From assembly GCA_965183875.1 (NCBI GenBank), contig CBCYMK010000028.1:37531-101530 (forward strand): DNA of 64,000 nt, read 5' to 3'. A program made the translations under genes and the position numbers. The stretch is from Flavobacteriales bacterium. Lineage in GTDB: Bacteria; Bacteroidota; Bacteroidia; Flavobacteriales; UBA7430. Under the pieces are notes generated by a model, which was given only the letters and a program-made list of their open reading frames with translations, ran no database searches and was not told where the DNA came from. Below, piece by piece: positions 10,357 to 19,262 of the stretch (positions within the stretch are counted from its first letter, which is position 1; every line of letters begins with the position of its first letter).

Positions 10357-11598
10357 TCAGTTTTTCTTGAGCCAGTTTAACTGTTTTTTTGTAGCGTTTT
10401 TAAAGTCGAATTCTATAATATAATGACCCTCTGTAAAGTGAGAAAAGTCCCATGTATTTGAGTTGTTATTTCCTTTTTTGAAAACACAGTTTCCCAGTGT
10501 GTCATACACAGAAATTGTTTGCACTAAACCCTTATCTCCTCGGTAGGTAATTAGTCCAGTAGATGGATTAGGGTAAATGGAATTTTCATATTCTATTTCG
10601 TTAATTTTTAAATCGTGTATTTGGATTGTATGTGTTGTTGTTGTGCATTCATCTGATGCTGATAATTGAATTTCATATTCTCCTGTGAAACCTCCAATAA
10701 AAACACTCAATGTGTCAGATGTAGCAATGAGGTTTTGTGTTATTCCTATCCACTGTATTGCAGTTGTATTTAAACTTTCGTTGTAAAAATAGAGGCTATC
10801 TCCTATTTGTTGATAGTTGGCTATTGCTTCAGGGATTGTCGCGAAATTAATTTCATTTTCTACAGTAGCGTTGTAGGCTACTACTTGTATGATGGCTGCC
10901 TCGCTAGTAGTGATATTATTAGGAATATATGCATTTTCCGGTGTCTCGTTAAATAGTACAGAATAAAATACGCAGGCTGCCAAATACGAACCATGAATGC
11001 TTGGGTGAGATCCATCAGAAGCGTATAAGTCTATTGCTGGGTAGTTTTCTCTAATATTTTTCCATGCAATACCAACAGGTGCTAAGCCGCTGTTATTATC
11101 CTCTGCCATTTCGGTGTACGACTCTATTAATCTGTCTTGCATGCCTTCGTAGGTGCATAATGGTTCATAGAAAATACAGTTTTGAGCATCCCCATTTTCT
11201 CTTCCCCAAGTCATGAAAAATACCGGCTGGCTACAGTTGTTTTCTTGTCTTATTGATTCACATAAGCTTTCTGCATATGGGTATACCTGACTAGCTACCT
11301 GTACGGGTGGGAAGGATGGGTTTTGACTTTGATCTTGTAAAATAACATAGTCCCATTCCGCGGTATTTAGTAAGTTTTGAACGCTGATGTTAGTTGCGTG
11401 TTGCGAAAGTGTAGATCCTCCAGGTGTATGGCTTTGGTGGATAAAGCTATTTCCTTTAGAAGAAGCAATCTCTTGTACTAAGCCTGGTAAGTCGTTCACG
11501 TAGGTATAGCTATTTCCTATAAAGAGCGCATTTTTTTCTACTTGTGCTGTAGCTAAATGGGTAAGTAAAGCACATATAATACTGAGAGTTGTTTTCAT
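10357..11598 (-). CDS. SGNH/GDSL-like hydrolase with T9SS C-terminal sorting domain
   Basis: The ORF track gives 10357-11634. The internal start MKTTLSIICALL gives a proper signal peptide. LFIGNSYTY N-terminal block, DGSHPS near the catalytic His region, and a C-terminal SIYPNPSTG...GHYIIEF sorting-domain pattern. Confidence 0.7.
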   Translation of the reverse strand: MKTTLSIICALLTHLATAQVEKNALFIGNSYTYVNDLPGLVQEIASSKGNSFIHQSHTPGGSTLSQHATNISVQNLLNTAEWDYVILQDQSQNPSFPPVQVASQVYPYAESLCESIRQENNCSQPVFFMTWGRENGDAQNCIFYEPLCTYEGMQDRLIESYTEMAEDNNSGLAPVGIAWKNIRENYPAIDLYASDGSHPSIHGSYLAACVFYSVLFNETPENAYIPNNITTSEAAIIQVVAYNATVENEINFATIPEAIANYQQIGDSLYFYNESLNTTAIQWIGITQNLIATSDTLSVFIGGFTGEYEIQLSASDECTTTTHTIQIHDLKINEIEYENSIYPNPSTGLITYRGDKGLVQTISVYDTLGNCVFKKGNNNSNTWDFSHFTEGHYIIEFDFKNATKKQLNWLKKN

Positions 11599-11696
11599 GT
11601 TCTTGTTTATATTTAAAAACAAATAATGTAGCAAGGTAAGTTATTTTGAGATTTGTTGTCTTAGGTCTTTTTCAAATTTATTGATAACTTGCTAGG

Positions 11697-12680
11697 ATGA
11701 AAAAGGGATTGTTTTTAAGTGTTTTATTTATTCAGCAACTGTTATTTGCTCAAGCTCCAGATTTTACGGTTACTGATAATCAAGGGGAAGTCTTTGTGTT
11801 GAGCGAAACTTTAAATAATGGCCAATTAGTTTTAATTGACTTTTTGGCTACTTGGTGTGGCCCTTGTGCAGATGGAGTTTCTGAATTCTCAGAAATATAC
11901 CATCATTATGGCTGTAATTCGGCAGATTTAGTTGTGCTTTCTATGAGTTTAGATGGTACGGATTACGACACCCAAGTGTTTCATAATTTATACGGAGGCG
12001 ACCATCCAATTATAAGTGGTTTAGATGGTGGTGGTGCGCATGTTCATGAGGCTTATGGAGTAGAAAGCTTACCCTATTATGTGCTGGTAGATTCTTCAGG
12101 TTCTATTGTTTTTGAAGGGAATGAAGCTACGAGTTATGAAAGTTTAAATGACCTGCTTTTTGCCAATGGATTGTTGCCTGATGATTGTCAAATATTAGAT
12201 TTTACTCAGTCAGAAGAGTTGCACCAGGGTTGGAATTTGTTATCCAAAAGAGTGGTCACAGAAAATGAATCTATGGAAGATTTATTTACCACTATAGCTG
12301 ATGAAATCATAATTTTAAAAGATGCAGCGGGGAATGTGTATTGGCCTGCTTATAACTTGAATACTATAGGGGATTTTGATTCTGGGAAAGGCTATTTGGC
12401 TAAATTCTCTACCGATTTATCTGTGAGTTGGACAGGAGAATTAATACCCTCAAATTTTGCTATTCCCTTAAATTCGGGTTGGAATATTATGCCTTATTAT
12501 GCTGAGGATTTAATGAGTTCTAGTCAGTACTTTAGTTCTATAGCTTCTTCAATAGTGATAGTAAAAGACGAATTAGGAAATGCGTATTTACCAAGTTATA
12601 ACTTTAATAATATTGGGAGCTTGCAAAATGGCAAAGGGTATTATATTAAGGTATCGGAGTCTTTAACCTTTCAGTATTAA
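11697..12680 (+). CDS. Secreted TlpA-like thioredoxin-fold protein with duplicated C-terminal module
   Basis: 327-aa ORF. Signal peptide and redox motif WCGPC. The C-terminal half carries two related ~60-75-aa modules (IIILKDAAGNVYWPAYNLNTIGDFDSGKGYLAKF and IVIVKDELGNAYLPSYNFNNIGSLQNGKGYYIKV). Confidence 0.75.
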   Translation: MKKGLFLSVLFIQQLLFAQAPDFTVTDNQGEVFVLSETLNNGQLVLIDFLATWCGPCADGVSEFSEIYHHYGCNSADLVVLSMSLDGTDYDTQVFHNLYGGDHPIISGLDGGGAHVHEAYGVESLPYYVLVDSSGSIVFEGNEATSYESLNDLLFANGLLPDDCQILDFTQSEELHQGWNLLSKRVVTENESMEDLFTTIADEIIILKDAAGNVYWPAYNLNTIGDFDSGKGYLAKFSTDLSVSWTGELIPSNFAIPLNSGWNIMPYYAEDLMSSSQYFSSIASSIVIVKDELGNAYLPSYNFNNIGSLQNGKGYYIKVSESLTFQY

Positions 12681-13465
12681 ATGATTTTAGAAGCAATAGA
12701 GATTAGTCCAATCGCAAAGCAGTAATAAGCAAAATATTTAAGCTGACTCTTTTTTACCAATCTTATCATCCACTGACAAGCAATTAAGCCAGTAATAAAG
12801 GCTGCTGAAAATCCAAATACTAACGGCAGTATATTTGTGGAGTCGGTACTCAAATCACCATTGAGAATGTCTTTGGTCATTTTTCCTAGTATCAAAGGTA
12901 CTACCATAAGGAATGAAAAGCGTGCTGCTTTTTCTCTATCTACCCCTAGTAGTACAGATGTAGAAATAGTTGCACCCGATCTGGAAATTCCAGGCAGTAT
13001 TGCAATAGCTTGTGAAATACCAATAAGAATGGAGTTTAAAACGCTTACCTTTTTGTCTGTTTTTTTTGCTTTATCTGCTAAAAATAATAACAAACCTGTT
13101 AGGAGTAGCATAGTTCCAACAAGGATTATCTGACCTCCAAATAAAGATTCTATTTCATCTTCAAAAAACAAACCTACTATTGCCGCTGGAATCATCGATA
13201 AGATAATTTTAACTGAAAACTGCGCTTCTTCATTCCATTTAAATTGGAAAAGCCCGGCGATTATTGTGGTAATATCCTTTCGGAAAATAATGATAGTACT
13301 CAGTGCTGTTGCTGCATGGAGTATCACGGTCATCATTAGGTTTTGTTTCTGTTCAGAAACGCTTAATAGTTCTTTTGCTATTTCTAGGTGCCCACTACTA
13401 CTAACAGGTAAAAACTCTGTAAGTCCTTGAACTACCCCTAAGATAATTGCATCTATAATTCCCAT
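12677..13465 (-). CDS. uppP: Undecaprenyl-diphosphate phosphatase
   Basis: 262-aa polytopic ORF. Motifs GLTEFLPVSSSGHL and PGISRSGATIS. Confidence 0.9.
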   Translation of the reverse strand: MGIIDAIILGVVQGLTEFLPVSSSGHLEIAKELLSVSEQKQNLMMTVILHAATALSTIIIFRKDITTIIAGLFQFKWNEEAQFSVKIILSMIPAAIVGLFFEDEIESLFGGQIILVGTMLLLTGLLLFLADKAKKTDKKVSVLNSILIGISQAIAILPGISRSGATISTSVLLGVDREKAARFSFLMVVPLILGKMTKDILNGDLSTDSTNILPLVFGFSAAFITGLIACQWMIRLVKKSQLKYFAYYCFAIGLISIASKII

Positions 13466-13467
13466 TA

Positions 13468-13695
13468 TTAGTTTTTAGGCTTGTACATAATGGCAAAAAT
13501 CTCGATTACAAAACCAACTAATATAAAAATTGGAGCTAATGTAATTCTAGTGAAGCTAAAAATTTCAGGGTTAAAACTAGTGTCGTCTGCAGCTCCGCCA
13601 CCCCACATTAAAATAAAACCAATTACAATAAATGCGATTCCAGTAAGCATTAATTGGTAGTTCTTCTTTGTAAATAAAAATCCGTTATTTTCCAT
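13468..13695 (-). CDS. Small two-TM membrane protein (DUF3098-like)
   Basis: 75-aa ORF with two hydrophobic helices, packed tightly between ftsX and uppP. Confidence 0.55.
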   Translation of the reverse strand: MENNGFLFTKKNYQLMLTGIAFIVIGFILMWGGGAADDTSFNPEIFSFTRITLAPIFILVGFVIEIFAIMYKPKN

Positions 13696-13696
13696 C

Positions 13697-14575
13697 TTAG
13701 TAATGTAGTTCGTCTGTTGTTAATTTTAAGTATTTGCGCACTGCAAAATAGGTGCATATCCAGGGTATAAATAAGCCCATTAAGAGTATGCTTGAATATA
13801 ACATTATCTGCGCATTTGTATTGTGTAGTCTTTGTATTTCGGGTAATAAATTTACGCTGTATTGAATAAGTAGTTCTATACTTACTATAGTTATTAAGGA
13901 TGCAATAAAACCATGTTGTAAGCTTTTCCAGATAAATGGTTTTCTAATAAACGATTTAGTAGCTCCTACTAATTGCATAGTTTTAATTAAAAAGCGCTTC
14001 GAATAAATGGTTAAGCGAATGGAAGAATTGATCAGTGCTATGGCTATTAGACTAAAGACTAAACTCAGTAGTAGTAAAATATAGCTTACTTTTTTTAGAT
14101 TGTCTTTTAGTAATTTTAATAATGATTTGTCGTACACTACTTCTTGTACTATATTAATAGCGAGTAGTTCTTTTTCTATACTTTCGGCTTCGGTGGTTTG
14201 GGTATAATAAGCTTGAAAATGAATGTCTATTGCATCTGTTAAAGGATTGAATCCTAAAAACTCGATAAAGTCTTCTCCTAAATCTGCTTGTAGCTTTTCT
14301 GCAGCTTCTTCTTTAGAAATGAATTCTGTTTTTTTAACGTGCTCACTTAGTTCTAGCTGTCGCTGAAATTGTTTTACAGCCACTAGTTTAGCTTCTGGTT
14401 TTAGCAATACAGTAAAGGCGATATTTTCTTGTACTTTATTGGCTATAGACTTAGAGTGGTAAAGTACGGTACTCAACAGCCCAATTAAAAACAAGACCAA
14501 GGTCATGCTTATAACAACTGATAAATAGGAAGACCTTAATCTTCTTTTATTAAACTTGTCTTGTTTTTGGCTCAT
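13697..14575 (-). CDS. ftsX: Cell division protein FtsX-like permease
   Basis: 292-aa ORF. One N-terminal TM, a periplasmic loop, three C-terminal TMs, and the motif MQLVGATKSFIRKPF. Confidence 0.8.
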   Translation of the reverse strand: MSQKQDKFNKRRLRSSYLSVVISMTLVLFLIGLLSTVLYHSKSIANKVQENIAFTVLLKPEAKLVAVKQFQRQLELSEHVKKTEFISKEEAAEKLQADLGEDFIEFLGFNPLTDAIDIHFQAYYTQTTEAESIEKELLAINIVQEVVYDKSLLKLLKDNLKKVSYILLLLSLVFSLIAIALINSSIRLTIYSKRFLIKTMQLVGATKSFIRKPFIWKSLQHGFIASLITIVSIELLIQYSVNLLPEIQRLHNTNAQIMLYSSILLMGLFIPWICTYFAVRKYLKLTTDELHY

Positions 14576-14624
14576 TGTGGGCTAATTTACAATTTCGGTA
14601 GGATAAATCAGAAAAATAGTACAC

Positions 14625-14655
14625 AAAAAAAAGGCTCCATAATTGGAGCCTTTTT
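14625..14655 (-). terminator. Rho-independent terminator (A/T-flanked, bidirectional form)
   Basis: Stem ggctcca/tggagcc flanked by A8 and T5. Downstream of 14692-15432 (-). Confidence 0.75.
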
Positions 14656-14691
14656 AGAATGGTTTTTATGTTTTGAATTAAAATTTGAATG

Positions 14692-15432
14692 TTAATTCTT
14701 TACAGATTTTAATGGTTCTCTTAATCCACTGTAATTTGTTAAATCCATCTTTATAGAACCTACCAAAACCTTCGTTTCTATGCGCAAAGGGATTTTATTT
14801 CCATCCTCGCTCACCCAAATACACATTCCATATTCATCTTCAAAAACACGCCCCGACTCTAATTGAGGAACCCATTTTGTACTGGCTATATTTCCAAATT
14901 TAGTCTTGAGGGTGTCCTTACCCATATAAATAAGTTTGGAATTCATAAAAGCGTCGTCTAAATAGACCTGTATAGGAATGCTATCCCCAAAAGTTAAGTT
15001 GTCTTGATCTTGATCTCTTAAATAGTAAAACATAGAAAGTATGTCTTGGGTGTTTTCAGGTAAACTAATTGTATCTCTTGTGCTTTCGGCTTGGTTTAGT
15101 GGGTAATTAAAAAATACTTGTTCCTTTTTTTCGTAGCCACCTTCTTTTACGTCTCTGTTAAAATAAAGTGGACGTAAAAAATGTTGATCTGTGATACTTT
15201 GGTAGGAATCTCTAACTTTAAAAAAGAAATTAAATAAGCCTGTTGATTTGCCTTCGGCTAGAAATTGATAGCTTTCATTTTTTTCAGAAACTTTTAACAC
15301 TGCTTTTCCGGCAACCAAAGGACCGTAATGAATTTTATATTCTAGCTCTTCTCCATTTTGAAAAGGATACTCGTTTTGTGCTACTGCAGAAAAGCTAGAG
15401 TAAATAACAAGTATGTAAATTAGTTTTTTCAT
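14692..15432 (-). CDS. Secreted protein of unknown function (DUF3108-like)
   Basis: 246-aa ORF with a signal peptide and the EELEYKIHYGPLVAGKAVL pattern I associate with DUF3108. Confidence 0.5.
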   Translation of the reverse strand: MKKLIYILVIYSSFSAVAQNEYPFQNGEELEYKIHYGPLVAGKAVLKVSEKNESYQFLAEGKSTGLFNFFFKVRDSYQSITDQHFLRPLYFNRDVKEGGYEKKEQVFFNYPLNQAESTRDTISLPENTQDILSMFYYLRDQDQDNLTFGDSIPIQVYLDDAFMNSKLIYMGKDTLKTKFGNIASTKWVPQLESGRVFEDEYGMCIWVSEDGNKIPLRIETKVLVGSIKMDLTNYSGLREPLKSVKN

Positions 15433-16655
15433 CAGTCAAATCTGGTATTTACAATATTGTTATATAAGGAGCCAAAGGTGTAGCTTAAACCTATATATCC
15501 GTAGTAGCTATAATTAGAGGCTAATTCTTTTTGTTGTAATAATACATCCTCGTAATTAACTCCTACTCCAGAGAGTTCAATTTGACTCCTATTAAAGTTG
15601 AATGAAAACCAGGTATTGAAACTTAATCCCTTTAAAATTCTTACATCCAAGTTACATTCAAAGTTTAGGTCAAATTTATTACCCGGTAAAAACAAGTCTT
15701 TTGTGTTCATGCCTAAATCTATACTTCCCCATGTTTGGATACTCTCGTAGTTAACTCTTAGCTCATGGAAAAAATAAACTTCCGAAGTTTTAAAGAAAAT
15801 TGTGGAGTCTATATAGTTGTTGTGTTGAACGCCAATTCCATACAGAAACCTAAATTGATGCTCATTGGCTTCCGAGTAGGGGTAGATATTGTATTCTATA
15901 GCTGGTAAGATTTTTAAACTTTGGTTTAAATTTGAATACGTACTATGCGAGTAGTTTGTAAGTCCTCCAGCAGATATATGTTTGCTTATACTTTTTACAG
16001 CTAATAAATTTGCAGATCGATAATCGGTTGTACTTAGGGTTTTTTCTCCAGCATATGTAAATATGTTATTCTCGTGATTTAGGTTTAGAGAACTTTCAAT
16101 CTTCATATTTTCTGTAATTTTATTTCCAGAGAACCTTAAACTTAAGTATTCACTTTTGTAACTTTCTCGACCATTTAATCGAGCATTCGCTCTAATTTTA
16201 AAAATCCAATAATTCCAGGAATCCGTTTCTAGTAATAGCTCTTCAATAATTACGGGTTTGTATACTATGGAAATGTTATTGGCTAAAGGACTGTGTTTAA
16301 TATAATCGAATAAGCCCTTTTTTAGTAAGTCAACATGCGCAATCCGAGTTTCATCATTCGTAGCATCCGGTCTCATATTTACAGTTAATGTATCATTAAG
16401 ATGTATAAATTCTTGTTGACCAATAAATCGAAATGAATAACGATTTCCTCCTGCACCCGTTTCATTCTGAGTAACTATAATATGTACTTTGGCTTCTTTA
16501 GGCTCTCTAATTAAGTTGATGTAAGGGATTTCTGTTTGAATATAGTTTTGATCGCAGCCCCAGTTGCAGTCTAAAAATACCGGGAGTTTACTATTGTTTT
16601 GAGCTTGAGTGATAGATGATAAAATTAAGAAGACAATAAAAATAAATTTATTCAT
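15432..16655 (-). CDS. Hypothetical secreted protein, probable outer-membrane beta-barrel
   Basis: 407-aa ORF. Signal peptide (ILSSITQAQ) and a beta-rich C-terminal half ending GLSYTFGSLYNNIVNTRFD. Overlaps the downstream gene by 1 nt. Confidence 0.5.
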   Translation of the reverse strand: MNKFIFIVFLILSSITQAQNNSKLPVFLDCNWGCDQNYIQTEIPYINLIREPKEAKVHIIVTQNETGAGGNRYSFRFIGQQEFIHLNDTLTVNMRPDATNDETRIAHVDLLKKGLFDYIKHSPLANNISIVYKPVIIEELLLETDSWNYWIFKIRANARLNGRESYKSEYLSLRFSGNKITENMKIESSLNLNHENNIFTYAGEKTLSTTDYRSANLLAVKSISKHISAGGLTNYSHSTYSNLNQSLKILPAIEYNIYPYSEANEHQFRFLYGIGVQHNNYIDSTIFFKTSEVYFFHELRVNYESIQTWGSIDLGMNTKDLFLPGNKFDLNFECNLDVRILKGLSFNTWFSFNFNRSQIELSGVGVNYEDVLLQQKELASNYSYYGYIGLSYTFGSLYNNIVNTRFD

Positions 16656-16705
16656 AATTTGAATTTATGTAAATAACGATTAAAGATCATCATTATTTCT
16701 TAAAC

Positions 16706-16735
16706 AAAAAAAAAGCTTCGAACTGTGTTCGAAGC
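16706..16735 (-). terminator. Rho-independent terminator
   Basis: 9-bp stem gcttcgaac/gttcgaagc with an A9 run on the + strand. Downstream of 16822-17211 (-). Confidence 0.7.
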
Positions 16736-16821
16736 TTGTAAGATTCACCCCCCCAGATGAGATCTTGTCATGTTGCTTATCGATTAAACAAACACTATGC
16801 CAAAAAACGAAAACTAATGAT

Positions 16822-17211
16822 TTATTTTTCAGTAAAACTAATATTATCCATTTTAACCTCAGAGAAAAGATCGTCAAAACCGACGCACCTTCCCTTTAGG
16901 AGTAAGGTGTCACCAAGATTTATGTTTGCAAAATTAAAAGTGCTATCTATAGAACAGAATATATTGGGTTGTACGATTATAAATTGCTCATCTAGTTTGC
17001 TTAGCCTTCCTTGAAATTTAATAACCTTATTTATAAATTTTTTATTGGCTAGCTCAGGTGTATTATTAAACGCTTCGAAAAGTTCTGTACTTGAAATATT
17101 GAAATCGGCATTTTCGTTCTGAATATCTCTGTGCTCTTGGTAGAGATAATTATAAGTCAGAAAAATAGTTGTGAATAGCAATGCCGTAGTGATAAGTACT
17201 TTCGTTTTCAT
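16822..17211 (-). CDS. Small membrane-anchored OB-fold-like protein (tRNA_anti-like family pattern)
   Basis: 129-aa ORF. N-terminal TM followed by ...ANKKFINKVIKFQGRL...GDTLLLKGRCVGFDDL, resembling the flavobacterial tRNA_anti-like OB-fold family. Confidence 0.5.
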   Translation of the reverse strand: MKTKVLITTALLFTTIFLTYNYLYQEHRDIQNENADFNISSTELFEAFNNTPELANKKFINKVIKFQGRLSKLDEQFIIVQPNIFCSIDSTFNFANINLGDTLLLKGRCVGFDDLFSEVKMDNISFTEK

Positions 17212-17364
17212 TCTTGTTTTTTTGTTTAATTCAAACCAAAATTAATAAATCTCTTGTTAAAGTAAATGAATTCGTTCTCTTATCCTATATAAATGAGTAG
17301 CTTCGCTTTGGTGTTGAGTTTTCGAACTCCCCTTAGTAGTAATTGGTCTATAGTATAGTTTAAG

Positions 17365-17736
17365 ATGATGAAGAAGTTGTTTTTTTTAGTGTGTGTATTG
17401 CCTTTGTTTAATGCATGCGACTATGATAATGTAGAGGATTTGTACGGTGTGTCGTCATGCGATACGGAGTCTGTTTCTTTTACAAATGATATTGTGCCTA
17501 TAATAGAGAGTCATTGTGTTAGTTGTCATTCGGGCAGCTCTCCATCGGGAAGTTTAGATTTGTTAGATTTTGAATCACTAAGCGAAAGCGCTCTAAATAT
17601 TGGAGTTAATGGTTTGCTAAATAGAATTGGGCGTTCGGAAGGTTCTTCTGGAGCAATGCCAACAAACTACAAATTAACTGACTGCCAAATAGAGCAAATT
17701 AATTCCTGGATAGAACAGGGGCTTATAAATAACTAA
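17365..17736 (+). CDS. Small lipoprotein with a c-type haem-binding motif
   Basis: 123-aa ORF. Lipobox LFNAC and CVSCHSGSSPSGSLDL, a CxxCH followed by a G.L.L pattern as in planctomycete-type cytochrome c domains. Confidence 0.6.
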   Translation: MMKKLFFLVCVLPLFNACDYDNVEDLYGVSSCDTESVSFTNDIVPIIESHCVSCHSGSSPSGSLDLLDFESLSESALNIGVNGLLNRIGRSEGSSGAMPTNYKLTDCQIEQINSWIEQGLINN

Positions 17737-17738
17737 TC

Positions 17739-18275
17739 ATGAGAAATTTATTTATTATTTTATGTTTACTGTCGGTGAGTCCATTGCTAGCCCAAAAATA
17801 CATGAGCCGTACTGCAGAAGTGTATTTTTTTTCTGATATGGATGCCGTAGAGGTTGTTGAAGCGGTAAATAACCAGGTAGGTGCAGTGGTAGACTTAGAA
17901 AATGGAAACATAGCCTTTCAAATACAAATGCGTGCTTTTCATTTTGATATTGCTCTAATGGAAGAGCATTTTAATGAGAATTATATAGAGTCTGAAATCT
18001 ACCCCAAAGCAACTTTTAGCGGGGCTTTTACAGAAATACCCAATAATTTAGAGACTAAACAATCGCTACTTATAGTAGGGGTGATTGACTTTCACGGGGT
18101 GAAAAAAGAAATGGAAATCCCAGTAAATCTGGTATTAAACGAGGGGGTGTTATTTGGGGACTCAAAGTTTAATTTACTTTGTTCAGATTTCAATATTGAC
18201 ATTCCTAAAATAGTGTCTGATAAAATATCGAATACAATTGAAGTGACTGTAAAAGCAAGTTTAACAAAATTATAA
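17739..18275 (+). CDS. YceI-like periplasmic protein
   Basis: 178-aa ORF with a signal peptide and a YceI-like pattern (HFNENYIESEIYPKATFSG...IEVTVKASL). It starts 2 nt after the upstream gene's stop. Confidence 0.65.
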   Translation: MRNLFIILCLLSVSPLLAQKYMSRTAEVYFFSDMDAVEVVEAVNNQVGAVVDLENGNIAFQIQMRAFHFDIALMEEHFNENYIESEIYPKATFSGAFTEIPNNLETKQSLLIVGVIDFHGVKKEMEIPVNLVLNEGVLFGDSKFNLLCSDFNIDIPKIVSDKISNTIEVTVKASLTKL

Positions 18276-18286
18276 AGTGATGAGAT

Positions 18287-19132
18287 ATGTATTACTTTAT
18301 AGCTCTTTTGGTGAGCACTCCGCTAGTGGCTCAAGACGATTTGTTTTCTCTTTTAGGAACAGACAATGACAATAGTGAAGTACGTGCTATCTTTAAAGGT
18401 ACTCGGATTATAAATGGCCAGTCTATAGAAATTCCATCTAAAGGAGATTTACAGTTTGTTATAGCACATCGTTTTGGTACGATTAATAGTGGAGCATATG
18501 AGTTGTGGGGGATAGATCAATCGCAAATGCGTATGTCTTTCGATTATGGCTTGTCTGATAATATAGCAATTGGTGTTGCTAGAAACTCATTTCAGAAAAC
18601 ATACGAAGCTTCAGTAAAAGCAAAATTATTGAAACAGAAATCTCATAATGGGAGCCCTGTTTCTATTGGTTTTTATCAAGCTGTTTTTGTGAATTCTTTA
18701 AAATGGTTACAGCCAGAAAGAGAAAATTTATTTAGTTCTCGGCTGTCTTATGCCTACCAACTTATGGTTGCTAGGAAGTTTAGCAAAGCCTTTAGTTTGC
18801 AACTTACTCCAACATTTATTCATAGGAATTTGGTTGAATTTAATTCTATTCCGAATGATTTTTTAGCTCTAGGAATTGGCGGTCGTTATAAATTAACTAG
18901 GCGTATTTCTGTAAATGCAGAATATTTTTACCAAAACAGACCTGAAGAAAATTATACGAATTCACTATCGCTAGGATTTGATATAGAAACTGGAGGCCAT
19001 GTGTTTCAATTACACATTACCAATTCTCAAGGGATGTTTGAAAGGGCTTTTATTGGTGAAACTATCGGAGATTGGTCTGCCGGTGACTTGTATTTTGGTT
19101 TTAATATTTCGAGAGTCTTTAGCTTAAATTAA
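18287..19132 (+). CDS. Predicted outer-membrane beta-barrel protein of unknown function
   Basis: 281-aa ORF. Short signal (LLVSTPLVAQ), alternating strand pattern and the ending YFGFNISRVFSLN. A terminator hairpin follows. Confidence 0.5.
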   Translation: MYYFIALLVSTPLVAQDDLFSLLGTDNDNSEVRAIFKGTRIINGQSIEIPSKGDLQFVIAHRFGTINSGAYELWGIDQSQMRMSFDYGLSDNIAIGVARNSFQKTYEASVKAKLLKQKSHNGSPVSIGFYQAVFVNSLKWLQPERENLFSSRLSYAYQLMVARKFSKAFSLQLTPTFIHRNLVEFNSIPNDFLALGIGGRYKLTRRISVNAEYFYQNRPEENYTNSLSLGFDIETGGHVFQLHITNSQGMFERAFIGETIGDWSAGDLYFGFNISRVFSLN

Positions 19133-19175
19133 TATAGACTTAGCTTATTGCTAATTACTTAATTTTGTTTACTTT

Positions 19176-19209
19176 AGAGTGAGTTTCATGGAGGCTCACT
19201 CTTTTTTTG
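19176..19209 (+). terminator. Rho-independent terminator
   Basis: Stem agagtgag/ctcactct followed by T7. Downstream of 18287-19132. Confidence 0.75.
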
Positions 19210-19262
19210 TTTTATTCTTATGAAGAAAAAACAAGCCTAATAGAATAATTAAATATAATAAT

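Noticed and set aside
12677-12680. Overlapping stop codons of the convergent trx-like and uppP genes
   Set aside because: The overlap is real but is a trivial 4-nt convergent overlap. No structure or regulatory implication is evident.
16680-17014. ORFs 16680-16877 (-) and 16757-17014 (+)
   Set aside because: They overlap each other, a terminator hairpin and the 3' end of 16822-17211. No signal, motif or promoter support was seen.
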